This document shows, one piece after another, positions 1 to 10,159 of a stretch of 64,000 bases of DNA. The number at the start of each line of letters is the position of its first letter. Position 1 is the first letter of the stretch. The stretch covers positions 2,656,001 to 2,720,000 of the forward strand of contig OZ219926.1 of assembly GCA_964291405.2 (NCBI GenBank), given 5' to 3'. The translations under genes and the position numbers were made by a program. Source of the DNA: Thermodesulfobacteriota bacterium (lineage in GTDB: Bacteria > Desulfobacterota > Binatia > Bin18). Under the pieces are notes generated by a model. It did not search any database. It was not told the DNA's origin and saw only the letters and a program-made list of their open reading frames with translations.

Positions 1-71
1 CCTCGAAAACACGCGCTTCACGCCAGGCCAGCAGACAGGCGGCCTAGGCAAGAGAAACGGGAGGAAGCGCT

Positions 72-884
72 ATGGCTGTGGTCTCTGCCTTTCTCGTCCC
101 CGGCTCGCCCCTGCCCTACGTCAAACGCGATAATCCGCCCTGGGGCAAAATTGCGACGGGCCTGGAACGGGCCGGCGCGGCGCTCGTCCAGTCCAAACCG
201 GATGTGATCCTACTCTATTCAACGCAGTGGATTGCCGTCCTGGACCAACTGTGGCAGACCCGTCCGCGGGTGAGCGGCCTGCACGTTGACGAAAATTGGC
301 ACGAGTACGGCGAACTGCCCTACCGCCTGAAGATCGATACCCGGCTGGCCAAGGCCTGCGTGGCCGCAACCGGCACAATCGGGGTCAAGTCCAAGGCGGT
401 CAATTACGACGGGTTTCCGATTGATACGGGAACGATTGTCGCCGCGAACTTCCTGAACCCGGGCGGCAAAATTCCGATGGTGTTGGCCTCGAACAATCTT
501 TACCACGATTTTGCGCTGACCGAAAAACTCGGACGTTTGGCGGCACGCTTGGCCGGCAAACAGAAAAAACGGGTAGCCGTGGTGGGCGTAGGAAATTTTT
601 CCGGTGCGTTCTTTCGGCACGAGATCGATATTGCCAAAGATAAAATCGTCGCTCCGAAATACGACCGCTGGAATAAAAAGATACTGGCTCTGCTGCAAGC
701 CGGTGACGGGAACGGGTTGTCTGCGGCCCTGCCCGAGTTTGCTACAAAAGGGCAGGCCGATATGGGCTTTAAGCACGGCGCGTGGGTATTAGGCGCCCTG
801 GGCGGGAAGTTCACCGGCGCACAGGTGCACGCCTATGGCCCGCTCTATGGCAGCGGCGGCGCGGTGGTGGAGTTCGACTTGTGA
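72..884 (+). CDS. amnA: 2-aminophenol 1,6-dioxygenase alpha subunit-like (LigB-fold extradiol dioxygenase, non-catalytic subunit)
   Basis: VVSAFLVPGSPLP, YSTQW.AVLDQ, HVDENW, YDGFPIDTGT, DMGFKH and YGP.YGSG closely resemble AmnA/CnbCa; SD GGAGG upstream. Confidence 0.8.
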   Translation: MAVVSAFLVPGSPLPYVKRDNPPWGKIATGLERAGAALVQSKPDVILLYSTQWIAVLDQLWQTRPRVSGLHVDENWHEYGELPYRLKIDTRLAKACVAATGTIGVKSKAVNYDGFPIDTGTIVAANFLNPGGKIPMVLASNNLYHDFALTEKLGRLAARLAGKQKKRVAVVGVGNFSGAFFRHEIDIAKDKIVAPKYDRWNKKILALLQAGDGNGLSAALPEFATKGQADMGFKHGAWVLGALGGKFTGAQVHAYGPLYGSGGAVVEFDL

Positions 885-907
885 AAGAGAAGAGAGATAG
901 GGATAGA

Positions 908-938
908 GTAGGTCGGATTAGCGTAGCGTAATCCAACA
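908..938 (+). repeat. REP-like palindrome (GTAGG-type)
   Basis: gtaggtcggattagcgtagcgtaatccaac; GTAG tetranucleotide then GGATTA/TAATCC stem, between convergent genes. Confidence 0.65.
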
Positions 939-964
939 TGGGCAGGCCGCTGGGCTGTCTCTCC

Positions 965-1570
965 TTAGCGTCTGCGTAATTCCAACTCGTCCAGGCGTTT
1001 GCGTACCCAGTCAATGCGATCGTTGCCCCAGAAGGGCTCGCCGCGAACAAAAAACATCGGCACGCCAAAGACTTTATCTTCTTCCGCGCGTTCTCGGATT
1101 GCGGCGAGTTCGTGCGGACCATCCTCCTCGACATAGGCCAGGAAACCAGCCTCATCCAGCCCGACCTCGGCACATAAGGCCGCCATCACCTGGCGATCTT
1201 CAATATCGAGTTCACGCTTCCAGAACCGATCAAAAACCGCATCGTGGTAGGGCCGAAAGTTCCCCTGCTGCATGGCGTATAAGCCGCCCATACAGGCTAG
1301 AGACGAATCGAATATCTTCCGTGGTCCGCGCACAAGCAGGCCGCGCGTATTGGCCCAGCGGCGGGCGTCCAGATAGGAGTAGCGCACCTTGCGCCACTCC
1401 ATTTCCGTGCGGGTCTCTACATCGCCCAGCGCCGCCGGAATATCCAACACATAGGGCAACCACTCCAACTGGATGTGATAGTCGTCTTCCAGCCGATACG
1501 CCTCGGCCTTGGCCAGGTAGGAATAGGCGCTCTTATAGTCAAAATAAAGCGGAATCGTGAACAGACCCAC
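965..1570 (-). CDS. 2-hydroxychromene-2-carboxylate isomerase / DsbA-like (kappa-GST) protein
   Basis: YFDYKSAYSYL at N-terminus, VFGVPMFFV.GEPFWGNDR at C-terminus. Confidence 0.8.
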   Translation of the reverse strand: MGLFTIPLYFDYKSAYSYLAKAEAYRLEDDYHIQLEWLPYVLDIPAALGDVETRTEMEWRKVRYSYLDARRWANTRGLLVRGPRKIFDSSLACMGGLYAMQQGNFRPYHDAVFDRFWKRELDIEDRQVMAALCAEVGLDEAGFLAYVEEDGPHELAAIRERAEEDKVFGVPMFFVRGEPFWGNDRIDWVRKRLDELELRRR

Positions 1571-1587
1571 GGCAGTCCTTGATTCCC

Positions 1588-2181
1588 TTAACAGCCCGGC
1601 TGTTCCGCTTCTGCCCGCATTTCTTCATGCGCGAACGAGAGCGGACATGGTTTGCCCACCCCGTCGAGTCCGACGGCGTAGACCAGCCGTCCATAGCCAA
1701 TAAAAATGGCCATGCGCCAGCCCAGGGCCATGATCTCGGGCTCGCTGTAATGGGTCCGCAGCTCGTCAAAGAGATCCTGGGAGACCTGTTTATGATCGCG
1801 GGCCAGGGTGTCCGCAAAGCGCAGGGCGGCTTTCTCGCGCGGCGTGAACAAATCGCTGTCCTGAAAATGGGGCAGAGCGTGGATCATTTCCTCTGTCAGA
1901 CCTTGTTGCCTCGCCGAGGCATACACGGCTGTCATTCAAAGCTGGCATTCGTTAATCTGGGCTACCTTGTGTCGAATCAGTTCGGTCAGCTTCACGCTGA
2001 TCCCGTCGGCGTCGACCATAATATGGGAATAGTAAAAATCGACGAAGTGCTTGTAGAGGTCCGGGGTATGGGCAAATATCTGTATCCATTCCGACCCGCC
2101 GAGCGCCTCGTCACTCTGCTGCATGGTTTTTTGCAGATCGGGGTCAACCTTCTCAAACGGCACCTTACTGACACGTAACAT
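1588..2181 (-). CDS. Carboxymuconolactone decarboxylase/AhpD-family selenoprotein (CxxU; Sec UGA at 1938-1936)
   Basis: ORFs 1936..2181 and 1588..1935 are in frame and joined by one TGA: ELIRHKVAQINE-C-Q-L-U-MTAV; second half has the CMD-type F.PREKAALRFAD...FDELR.HYSE.EI..L. Confidence 0.8.
1897..1931 (-). promoter_or_regulatory. Bacterial SECIS-like hairpin
   Basis: mRNA CAGCCGUGUA-UGCCUC[GGC]GAGGCA-ACAAGGUCUG; G-initiated apical loop begins 20 nt after the UGA. Confidence 0.65.
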
Positions 2182-2260
2182 CGGTCTCCCTCCTTATTGT
2201 GCAGTGGGTTTCCTTTGCCAATAAACCAATGCGGACGTATTGGGAAGAGCCGAAGAATTT

Positions 2261-4195
2261 TTAGTCCGACAGATTTTCAATAGTCAGGGGCTCAACGGCT
2301 TCAGCCAAGGGGAACCCGAAAATTCGCGAGTAAAAATACAACTCGCCGTCCAAAGCGCGTTTGATATTCTCGGCTTTGCGAAAGCCATGCTGTTCGCCCG
2401 CAAACAGGACATAGGCGACCGGCAACCCTTTCTCTCTGAGGGCCGCTACCATTAGTTCGGCTTGGTTTGGCGGGACGATCTTATCTTCCGTACCTTGGAA
2501 GACGATCAACGGACACGAAAGTTGCTGGGTAAAATGAACCGGCGAGCGCGCGACATAGACGTCCTGTCGCTCCGGGTAGGGTCCGACCAGATTGTCCGGG
2601 TAGCGGGACTCGAACTTATGGGTGTCGCGCGCCAGCGCTTCGAGGTCGCTGATCCCGTAATGACTTGCCCCGGCTCGAAACGTATTGCGAAAGGTCAATG
2701 CACACAGGGTCGTGTATCCTCCGGCGCTGCCGCCGGTAATAGTCAGTCGCTCGGCATCGACCTCGCCGCGGGCGACCAGATAGTTCGCGCCGTTAACGCA
2801 ATCGTCCACATCGACAATCCCCCATTGGCCGTTCAGGCGTTGCCGATAGGCCCGTCCATAACCAGTGCTGCCCCCGTAGTTCACGTCCAGAACGGCAAAG
2901 CCACGACTCGTCCAGTACTGAATCCGCAGATCAAGGGCCGTCTGTGCGGCCGAGGTGGGCCCGCCGTGACTTTTGACGACCAGCGGTGGACGTTCCTCTT
3001 CTGGGGCCACGTAGTCAGCGTTTGTGGGTGGATAGTACAGGCCGTACGCGGTCCGGTCGTGCTCGGTTGGAAAGGCAATAGCCTGGGGCGCTGACAGATA
3101 GTCCGGGTCCAGGTCGAGTTGGCTGGACTGACGCAGGACGCTGAGGGCGTATGTTTCCAGGTCGAGTTGGACGACTGCGGGCGGTACGCTTGGCGAGCCT
3201 GCCAGAAACACTGCTTTGCCAGATGAAGCCTGTACATCGCCCACTTCGGTATACGGCAGCGCAATGGCGTTGCATTGCCGCGTCCCCGGATCAAGGCGGG
3301 CCATATTCCAGGTCCCGTTTTCCGCGTAGGTGCAGATAATCTGGTTGGCAGAAGCAAAGGCATAGGTCGCCATACCAAACATCCACTGCGGTCGGCCAAA
3401 ATCCGCGGCCTTTTCCCACAGAGCCTCAATACTGCCGTTACGGACTCGATACAGATTCCACCAGCCGGAGCGATCCGACACAAAGTATAAGATACCGAGC
3501 GGAGACCACTCGGGCTGAAAAATGGACTCCGCGTCACCACCGGCCACCAGACCGACGTCTGCCAGGGAACCATCCGAGCGGACCGTCCCTACCCACAGCT
3601 CGGTACCATCCCAGGGCATGCGCGGATGGCCCCACGACAGCCAGGCGAGCCGGGTGCCATCCGGGTTGAGCCGGGGGTTGGAATAAAAATCACTTCCGGA
3701 GACGAGGACCGTCTCTTCCCCGCTGGCGAGATCAATACTGACCAGGCTATTCACCGCTTCCTGTCCCGTCCGCCGGTGATCTTCGCGCACGCAGATCAAA
3801 CGGCTACGCTGGGCGTCAACAATGGCGTCGGCATAACGTAGCCCATCTTCTGAGGTCAGGGGCTCGGGGTCGGCCACCCCGACCTGCCGATACAGCCGCT
3901 GGTCTGTGAAATTTGAAAAATAGAGCGCCCCGTCCCGGACGGCATACGCCCCGCCCCCATACTCATGCACGCGCGTCCGAGCATTAAAGGGTGCAGGCGT
4001 CATATCGGCTATGGTTCCGTCAGGCGTGCGTCGCACAATGACATTCCGCCCACCCTCAGTCGGCCGCTGTTCTATCCAGTACACCGTCTCTCCATCCAGC
4101 TGAACCTGGCCCAAGCCCACCGTTCCGGCCACGATCAGGTCTGATGTGATAGGCGATTTCCACGAACCGTACGGAGCCGTTTTTTTGTCAGGCAT
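2261..4195 (-). CDS. S9 family peptidase (prolyl oligopeptidase / acylaminoacyl peptidase)
   Basis: [23 protein letters not shown] nucleophile, QG.EDK.VP, GEQHGFR. Confidence 0.92.
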   Translation of the reverse strand: MPDKKTAPYGSWKSPITSDLIVAGTVGLGQVQLDGETVYWIEQRPTEGGRNVIVRRTPDGTIADMTPAPFNARTRVHEYGGGAYAVRDGALYFSNFTDQRLYRQVGVADPEPLTSEDGLRYADAIVDAQRSRLICVREDHRRTGQEAVNSLVSIDLASGEETVLVSGSDFYSNPRLNPDGTRLAWLSWGHPRMPWDGTELWVGTVRSDGSLADVGLVAGGDAESIFQPEWSPLGILYFVSDRSGWWNLYRVRNGSIEALWEKAADFGRPQWMFGMATYAFASANQIICTYAENGTWNMARLDPGTRQCNAIALPYTEVGDVQASSGKAVFLAGSPSVPPAVVQLDLETYALSVLRQSSQLDLDPDYLSAPQAIAFPTEHDRTAYGLYYPPTNADYVAPEEERPPLVVKSHGGPTSAAQTALDLRIQYWTSRGFAVLDVNYGGSTGYGRAYRQRLNGQWGIVDVDDCVNGANYLVARGEVDAERLTITGGSAGGYTTLCALTFRNTFRAGASHYGISDLEALARDTHKFESRYPDNLVGPYPERQDVYVARSPVHFTQQLSCPLIVFQGTEDKIVPPNQAELMVAALREKGLPVAYVLFAGEQHGFRKAENIKRALDGELYFYSRIFGFPLAEAVEPLTIENLSD

Positions 4196-4349
4196 GTCTG
4201 CTCCTCAGATTGAGACCGTTGCTGTCTGGGTAACAGACCGAGAGGAACAGGAACACTCCCTGGATGCTCAGGATGGACTTGGTCTTCCCTTTACTCCCTC
4301 CCACCCGTAGCGCTATGCTTCCCGGCAACAACTCCAAGGAGGCAGGTGT

Positions 4350-5513
4350 ATGGAGACGGTCCAGCCCTCAGCGTGCGGGTTTGACGCGGCACGACTCGAC
4401 CACTTCGTGTCGTGTATGCAGAACGATATTGAGCGGGAGCAGTATGACGGGGCGGTTGTTATTGTGGCGCGGGGGGGACGGGTCGTATTGCACCGGGCGC
4501 TCGGTTTTGCCGAGCGGGCAAGCCAGCGCGTCATGCAAAAGGACGATGTCTTCTATCTCTTCTCCGTCACAAAGGCGCTGACAGCCACCGCGATTCTTGC
4601 CCGCGTTGACCGGGGCCAACTCGCCCTGACAACGCGCGTGGCCGAGATTATTCCCGAGTTTGCGAGCAAGGGAAAACAGCGGGTGACTATCGCCCAGCTC
4701 CTGGCCCATACCGCCGGCATGTCGGCCGGGTTTCCACCCGTAGCCCAGGAGATGATGGGTAATCTCGAAGCGGTTGTCGCCGCGGTCTGCCAGCAGGGGC
4801 TGGATGCACTGCCCGGAGAGATCGTCAGCTATAGCCCGATTACCGCTCATGCGGTCCTGGGTGAAGTGGTCCGCCGGATGGATGGGGGGACGCGGCCGCT
4901 ACGACAGATTTTTGCGGAGGATATCCTTACCCCGCTAGGAATGTCCAATACGGCCCTGGGTCTGCGGCCTGATCTGGCCGAGCGACGGGTTCCGGTCGTA
5001 GTGCGAGACCGGCGGGAAGGGCTCTTTCCACCGGAGGTCCTTGAAGGCTTCAACGTCATGCTTCAAGAGGACACGGAAATTCCGGGCGGTGGCGGGGTGG
5101 GGACTGCCGCCGATATCTTTCGTCTGGCGGAAATGCTGCGGCGCGGCGGAGAGCTGGACGGAGTCCGTATCCTATCTCCGGCTGTCATTCGCCTGGCCGC
5201 GACAAACCATACCGGTCTCAAGCCGAATAATCTGTGGAACTACACCAGGGAAGTCCGCAACTGGGACGAGTTTCCGGCGTCGCTCGGCCTGGGCTTTTTC
5301 GTACGCGGAACAGGTATCTTCCCCACCTATTTCGGCACGTTGGCGTCGCCAAACACGTTTGGCGCAATTGGGGCGGGGTCAACCCTGTTCTGGATCGATC
5401 CGGAGCGTGATATCAGCTTTGTGTGCCTGACCGCCGGGGCCCTGGAAGAGTCGTACAGCATGGAGCGCTTCCAACGTCTGTCCGATCTCGTTCTTAGTGC
5501 GGTTGTGGAGTAA
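4350..5513 (+). CDS. Serine hydrolase, beta-lactamase class C-like family
   Basis: FSVTK (SxxK), LLAHTAG, YS motif, FWIDPERD. Confidence 0.85.
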   Translation: METVQPSACGFDAARLDHFVSCMQNDIEREQYDGAVVIVARGGRVVLHRALGFAERASQRVMQKDDVFYLFSVTKALTATAILARVDRGQLALTTRVAEIIPEFASKGKQRVTIAQLLAHTAGMSAGFPPVAQEMMGNLEAVVAAVCQQGLDALPGEIVSYSPITAHAVLGEVVRRMDGGTRPLRQIFAEDILTPLGMSNTALGLRPDLAERRVPVVVRDRREGLFPPEVLEGFNVMLQEDTEIPGGGGVGTAADIFRLAEMLRRGGELDGVRILSPAVIRLAATNHTGLKPNNLWNYTREVRNWDEFPASLGLGFFVRGTGIFPTYFGTLASPNTFGAIGAGSTLFWIDPERDISFVCLTAGALEESYSMERFQRLSDLVLSAVVE

Positions 5514-5514
5514 G

Positions 5515-5540
5515 CCTGTCCTGAGCCCGATCGAAGGGCC
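5515..5540 (+). repeat. CCTGAGC..TCGAAGG-type short intergenic repeat
   Basis: cctgtcctgagcccgatcgaagggcc; similar to cctgagcttgtcgaaagg at about 20101. Confidence 0.4.
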
Positions 5541-5549
5541 CGCGCCCGT

Positions 5550-6599
5550 ATGATTACCGAAGCGCAGCTCCAGCAGATATTTACCCCGCTGACCGGAGAC
5601 CCGTCCCCGCGCGTGTGCCGGACGCTGTCCGGCAATATCAATACTATCCTCAAGGTAGAAGCCAACGGAAAGATGTATGGCCTCCGTATTCGGAGCCAGG
5701 AGCAGGTCTATCGATACGAGCCGGACCTGATAAAAGAGGTCTTCATCAGTTGGCTGCTGGATCCTGCTCATGCCGGGGCGAACGATGCGGAAAAGGCGCG
5801 GGCGCTGAGCCAACTGCGGGAGGCGCAACATGGGGCCGGTCGCAAGAGTTCCGGTATCGAGCCCACCGGACTGGCCTTTGACTGGAGCCGGCAAATCCTG
5901 CCGCAGCCGTATTTCGTGTATGAGTGGATCGAAGGCGAGCCCCTGTGGGATGACCCGGACGAACAATTATACCGGGCTGCGGGCCGCGTGCTGGCAAGCC
6001 TGCATCAGGTGCGGTTCGATGCCTTTTATGCCGACTTCTTTGCCATAGGCAACGCTCCGCAGGCCTGGGCGGATCGCTTTCGGACCGCACTGGACAAGGA
6101 GGTCGGCGAAGCCCGCAGCCGACTCAGCCCGACGCTCTTGCACGCGGTGGAGCATACCTCCATGCCGTCCACGCTGTCGTTCTCCCCCTGTCTTATCCAT
6201 AACGATTTCTCACCGGGTAACATTCTCGTCTGGGACGGGCGACTCGCGGCGGTTATTGATTGGGATAATACGGTCGTGGATGTGGCTCCGCTCGATTTTG
6301 TGAAGATGAAATACTGGACGGCCAAAGACGACCGAGGTCAACTCGGTCACAACCCCGTCCTCTTCCGGGCGTTCGTCACGGGTTATGGCTCACGCGGTCC
6401 TGAGGTCGTCGAATCGGAGACCTTTGCCTGGTACGAATTATTATGGCTGTTGCGCGTATGGAATTTTGAAATGTCCAAGCAGGAACGCGGGCTGGAGCAC
6501 GCCCCCGGCTACCCGGCCGCGGCCGAGTATGCCGCATTTCTGGAGGGGGTCATTGGCCGGCTGAGCGCACGCTACGGCTCTTTGAGTCCTACCTCCTAA
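5550..6599 (+). CDS. Aminoglycoside phosphotransferase (APH)/choline kinase family protein
   Basis: LIHNDFSPGNIL and VIDWD motifs; YEWIEGE. Confidence 0.8.
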   Translation: MITEAQLQQIFTPLTGDPSPRVCRTLSGNINTILKVEANGKMYGLRIRSQEQVYRYEPDLIKEVFISWLLDPAHAGANDAEKARALSQLREAQHGAGRKSSGIEPTGLAFDWSRQILPQPYFVYEWIEGEPLWDDPDEQLYRAAGRVLASLHQVRFDAFYADFFAIGNAPQAWADRFRTALDKEVGEARSRLSPTLLHAVEHTSMPSTLSFSPCLIHNDFSPGNILVWDGRLAAVIDWDNTVVDVAPLDFVKMKYWTAKDDRGQLGHNPVLFRAFVTGYGSRGPEVVESETFAWYELLWLLRVWNFEMSKQERGLEHAPGYPAAAEYAAFLEGVIGRLSARYGSLSPTS

Positions 6600-6656
6600 T
6601 CGGCTCCTTTGAAAAGATGAGAAGCGGCTCGAAAACCGGTATAATGCATTATACCT

Positions 6657-7292
6657 ATGCGTCAGCTACCCGAAGACTGTGAAGAGACCACTTCTCCTGA
6701 AGAAGTGCAGACCGAGCCCGTAGTCCCGCACCGGCTGCCGCGCTGGAAGATTGTTCTGGTCAGCCTCGCTCTGCTAATGGGCGTGGCCGGCATGATGCTG
6801 CATCCTCAGTCGCCTTCAGGCGTTCAGGAAACGCGGACCGTGGGAAATCTCTCTGCCTCCGGAGCCGACCCGCTACCGGACTCACCAGCTTTTCAGTCTG
6901 ACCCGGTGCCGGCCTTTGACCCCACCTTCGATATGATAGAGGAAACGGCTGAAGAGCCCCTCCCGCCGGACTGGGAGAGGCGGTTGGAGGACTGGTCGCC
7001 CCTGCTCACGAAGCTGGGCTTCAGTTTTGTGGTTGGATTCAGCATCGGCTATGTACTGCTGATCTTTCTGCGCACGACCGCCTTTCTGGCCGGCTTGGTC
7101 CTGCTGGCCCTGTTTGGGTTGCAGTATCTCGGCGTGTTGTATCTCAACTGGCAGAATATCGAGACGAGTTATCAGTCGGTCCTGAGCTGGGTGTTGCCCA
7201 GGGCAGAAAACTTTCGGGACTTTATTACGCACAATCTCTCTTCGTCCGGTATGGCGGCGATGGGGATTCTGACGGGTTTGACGCGACGCTAG
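6657..7292 (+). CDS. FUN14-like membrane protein
   Basis: LGFSFVVGFSIGY...LFGLQYLG...NW pattern with an N-terminal TM segment. Confidence 0.6.
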   Translation: MRQLPEDCEETTSPEEVQTEPVVPHRLPRWKIVLVSLALLMGVAGMMLHPQSPSGVQETRTVGNLSASGADPLPDSPAFQSDPVPAFDPTFDMIEETAEEPLPPDWERRLEDWSPLLTKLGFSFVVGFSIGYVLLIFLRTTAFLAGLVLLALFGLQYLGVLYLNWQNIETSYQSVLSWVLPRAENFRDFITHNLSSSGMAAMGILTGLTRR

Positions 7293-7324
7293 GGGGCTGG
7301 GGGGAGTATCCCTCCTTGAGATCA

Positions 7325-8038
7325 ATGGCCAATTTCAAAACGCACCTTGGCGTTGCTGCGGTGGGAAGCGGACTCCTGGCAACGATCTGTTTGGGCGCGG
7401 GGATGAGTAGCCCGCAAGAAGTCGTCACCCTGGCCGTGGTCGGGACGGTCGGCGGGCTCCTGCCGGATATCGATCTTGACCACTCCAGTCCAACCAAGCT
7501 GATCTTTACCGCCCTGGCCATTGTGTTTGCCTTTCTGGCCGCGTTCAACCGAGTCGCCAGCTACTCGATTGTCGAACTCTGGATCGTCTGGGGGGTGGCG
7601 TATGGTGCGGTCCGCTATCTTGCCCTGGGCGTCTTCTCTGCGCTGACGGTCCATCGCGGCATTTTTCATTCGCTCGTTGCCGCCCTCTTTTTCTGGTTCC
7701 TGGCTACTAGCCTGAGCTATTATCTGTTTGCTCTGAGTGCGCTGTTCGCCTGGTCCATCGGCTTTTTTCTCTTTTTTGGCTATATCCTCCATTTGCTGCT
7801 CGACGAGCTTTTCAGCGTGGACCTGTTGAACTCACGCCTCAAAAGCTCATTCGGGACGGCCCTCAAAATCGCCGATTTTCACAACGCGCGGACCTCCCTG
7901 CTGATGACGGCTGCGGCGCTGATCACGTTCTTTTCAACCCCGAGCGCCCAGCCTTTCCTGGACTGGGTCACCAACAAACAAACCTATCTCAATATCGCCG
8001 ATCGATTTCTCCCAGAGACGCTGTGGTTTACGCTGTAG
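7325..8038 (+). CDS. Inner-membrane metal-dependent hydrolase (YdjM-like)
   Basis: MANFKTH, LLPDID, HRGIFHS, HLLLD motifs. Confidence 0.85.
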   Translation: MANFKTHLGVAAVGSGLLATICLGAGMSSPQEVVTLAVVGTVGGLLPDIDLDHSSPTKLIFTALAIVFAFLAAFNRVASYSIVELWIVWGVAYGAVRYLALGVFSALTVHRGIFHSLVAALFFWFLATSLSYYLFALSALFAWSIGFFLFFGYILHLLLDELFSVDLLNSRLKSSFGTALKIADFHNARTSLLMTAAALITFFSTPSAQPFLDWVTNKQTYLNIADRFLPETLWFTL

Positions 8039-8115
8039 GGAATCAGGGGTTGAAGCCTGGGGGTTGGGGATGAACAAATCTAGCCCCTAACTCCCAACCC
8101 CTAACCCCTGCCCCT
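8036..8115. repeat. Inverted heptamer-type G-rich/C-rich short tandem repeats
   Basis: aggggtt..gggggtt.gggga followed by cccctaa-ctcccaa-cccctaa-cccctg. Confidence 0.55.
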
Positions 8116-8207
8116 TCTCCCTCTTGACCTGCTCCAGACAGCAGGCCATCATGCTCCGGCTTGATTTTCCACGAGAGGGCAGAAACCGATTCTATGCGAG
8201 GACTTTC

Positions 8208-8723
8208 ATGTTAGGGCGGCTCGGGGCGGTGTGGGGAGTTGGCGGTGTTATCCTCTTACTGGTTTATTCCATCGCCCGACTCTCCGTCATTACGCTGGAC
8301 GCCTTTCACTACGAGTTTTCCTGGTATCACTGGTTGGCGCTCGGCCTGAACGTCGTCTGGATGGCCTACTCGGAAGGCTATTACGGCTTTCAGTGCGGCT
8401 TTGCACCGCGGGTCGCGGCCCGCGCAAAATATCTGGCCGTCCACCCGAGTCCGCTGTGTGCATTGTTGGCACCTGTCTTTTGCATGGGCTATTTCTCCAT
8501 TCACCGGCCCCGACAAATCTTCGTCTTCGTTCTCACCGCCATGATCGTCGCCTTTGTCCTGGTCATACCCTATTTGGCTCAGCCGTGGCGCGGCATTGTC
8601 GATGCCGGCGTTGTCGTCGGCCTGCTCTGGGGGTTGATCACCATTGTGGTGTTTGCCCTCCAGGCCTTTACGTCCGACGACTTTTCGTATTCGCCCGAGG
8701 TGCCGGGTTATACACCGGAGTAG
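8208..8723 (+). CDS. Conserved-looking hypothetical membrane protein
   Basis: Four TM segments; MAYSEGY.GFQ, QPWRGIVDAGVVVGL.WG; SD GAGGA. Confidence 0.65.
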   Translation: MLGRLGAVWGVGGVILLLVYSIARLSVITLDAFHYEFSWYHWLALGLNVVWMAYSEGYYGFQCGFAPRVAARAKYLAVHPSPLCALLAPVFCMGYFSIHRPRQIFVFVLTAMIVAFVLVIPYLAQPWRGIVDAGVVVGLLWGLITIVVFALQAFTSDDFSYSPEVPGYTPE

Positions 8724-8842
8724 CGACCCGCGCTGTCTTGTCGTGCTCCTCCGGCGGCTGGACCCTACGGAAGCTCCGGTCTTCGACCGTGCAAAATGGG
8801 CTGACCTCGCCTATAGTGTCCGCATACAATTCGTTCGTCACC

Positions 8843-10060
8843 ATGCACGCCATCAATCTTGTTCTCCCCCTCATTGCGGTCGCGGTCGCCGCTCTCCTGC
8901 TGCTGCCGGCAATCAAGGAGAGCACAGTCTGGAGAGCGAGCGTCACGCCGCTGGCCTCGATCATCGGCAGTGGCTTTTTGGTGGTCGCGCCGTTGCTCGC
9001 CCTGGTCGTCGGCTGGGTCGCTCCTCTGGCGATGTTGGCCATCGTTGTCATCGCCTATGGCCTGGGTGAAATCTCGCGCTTCAATATTCGTCATGGCGAG
9101 CCCCTGCTGCAAAGCGGCGAAGCGCCGGCCTTGCTGGTGATGACCGAGCGTGTCGCGAATTTTACCCTTTCGCTGGCCTATATCGTATCCGTTGCGTTCT
9201 ACATCAGATTGTTGGCCTCCTTTATATTCAGAGGAGTCGGGTTGGACACGGCAATCGGCGCCCAAGTATTGACCACGCTGATTTTGATATTCATCGGTTA
9301 TACCGGTTGGCGCCGGGGTCTGGAGGGTCTGGTCCGTGTAGAGGAGTACTCGGTCAGCATCAAGCTGGCGATCATCGTGGCCCTGCTGTTCGGACTGGCG
9401 AATTATGACGCTTCTGTCGATTTTTCGATCCGTGATTTTCCGGCGCCCTCGGTGTCCGCTTGGGAACAACTCCGTCAACTCGCCGGCATGTTATTGGTTG
9501 TGCAGGGCTTTGAAACCTCGCGCTATCTTGGCAGCGAATTTTCCGCGGAACTGCGTATCAAGAGTATGCGTTTCGCCCAGATCGTCTCGGGTCTAATCTA
9601 CGTTGCCTTCATTATTATGTGTATGCCACTTCTTCTGGGTCTGGACGGTCTGAAAGTGGACGAGACGGCGATTATCGGTCTCTCGGGTCACATCGCGACG
9701 GTCCTGCCCGCCATGCTCGTTTTGGCTGCCGCCATGAGCCAATTCAGTGCGGCAGTGGCCGATACGGCTGGCGCTGGTGGACTGGTCGAAGAGGAAAGCG
9801 GCGGTCGGATATCAGCGCGATACGCCTATGTGGCGGTGATCGGTTTGGGTATTGCATTGGTCTGGATGACCAATGTGTTCGAGATCATCGCCCTGGCTTC
9901 GCGGGCCTTTGCCGCCTATTACCTGTCGCAGGCTCTGACCGCGTTTCAGATTGCCGGCCACAGACCTGAGGGCCGGTCACGCCGGATCGGCAGGATTACT
10001 ACGGCCCTGGCCGCCGTTCTGTTGGTCTGGGTCGTCATCTTTGCCGTGCCCGTAGAGTAG
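8843..10060 (+). CDS. APC-superfamily permease-like membrane transporter
   Basis: TPLASIIGSGFLV, VQGFETSRYLG, about 11 TM segments; start reassigned from the long 8231 ORF. Confidence 0.7.
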   Translation: MHAINLVLPLIAVAVAALLLLPAIKESTVWRASVTPLASIIGSGFLVVAPLLALVVGWVAPLAMLAIVVIAYGLGEISRFNIRHGEPLLQSGEAPALLVMTERVANFTLSLAYIVSVAFYIRLLASFIFRGVGLDTAIGAQVLTTLILIFIGYTGWRRGLEGLVRVEEYSVSIKLAIIVALLFGLANYDASVDFSIRDFPAPSVSAWEQLRQLAGMLLVVQGFETSRYLGSEFSAELRIKSMRFAQIVSGLIYVAFIIMCMPLLLGLDGLKVDETAIIGLSGHIATVLPAMLVLAAAMSQFSAAVADTAGAGGLVEEESGGRISARYAYVAVIGLGIALVWMTNVFEIIALASRAFAAYYLSQALTAFQIAGHRPEGRSRRIGRITTALAAVLLVWVVIFAVPVE

Positions 10061-10159
10061 TCCGAAGCATTTTGTGCCCGGTGCCCGTCGCTTGACAGTG
10101 CTGGATAGCTTCAGGCAAAACCAGAGCTGGAAACTCTAACAGTACCGAGGAGACGACTC

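Noticed and set aside
8231-8842. N-terminal extension of the 609-aa ORF
   Set aside because: It overlaps the better-supported 8208..8723 gene in another frame; permease-like sequence begins at 8843.
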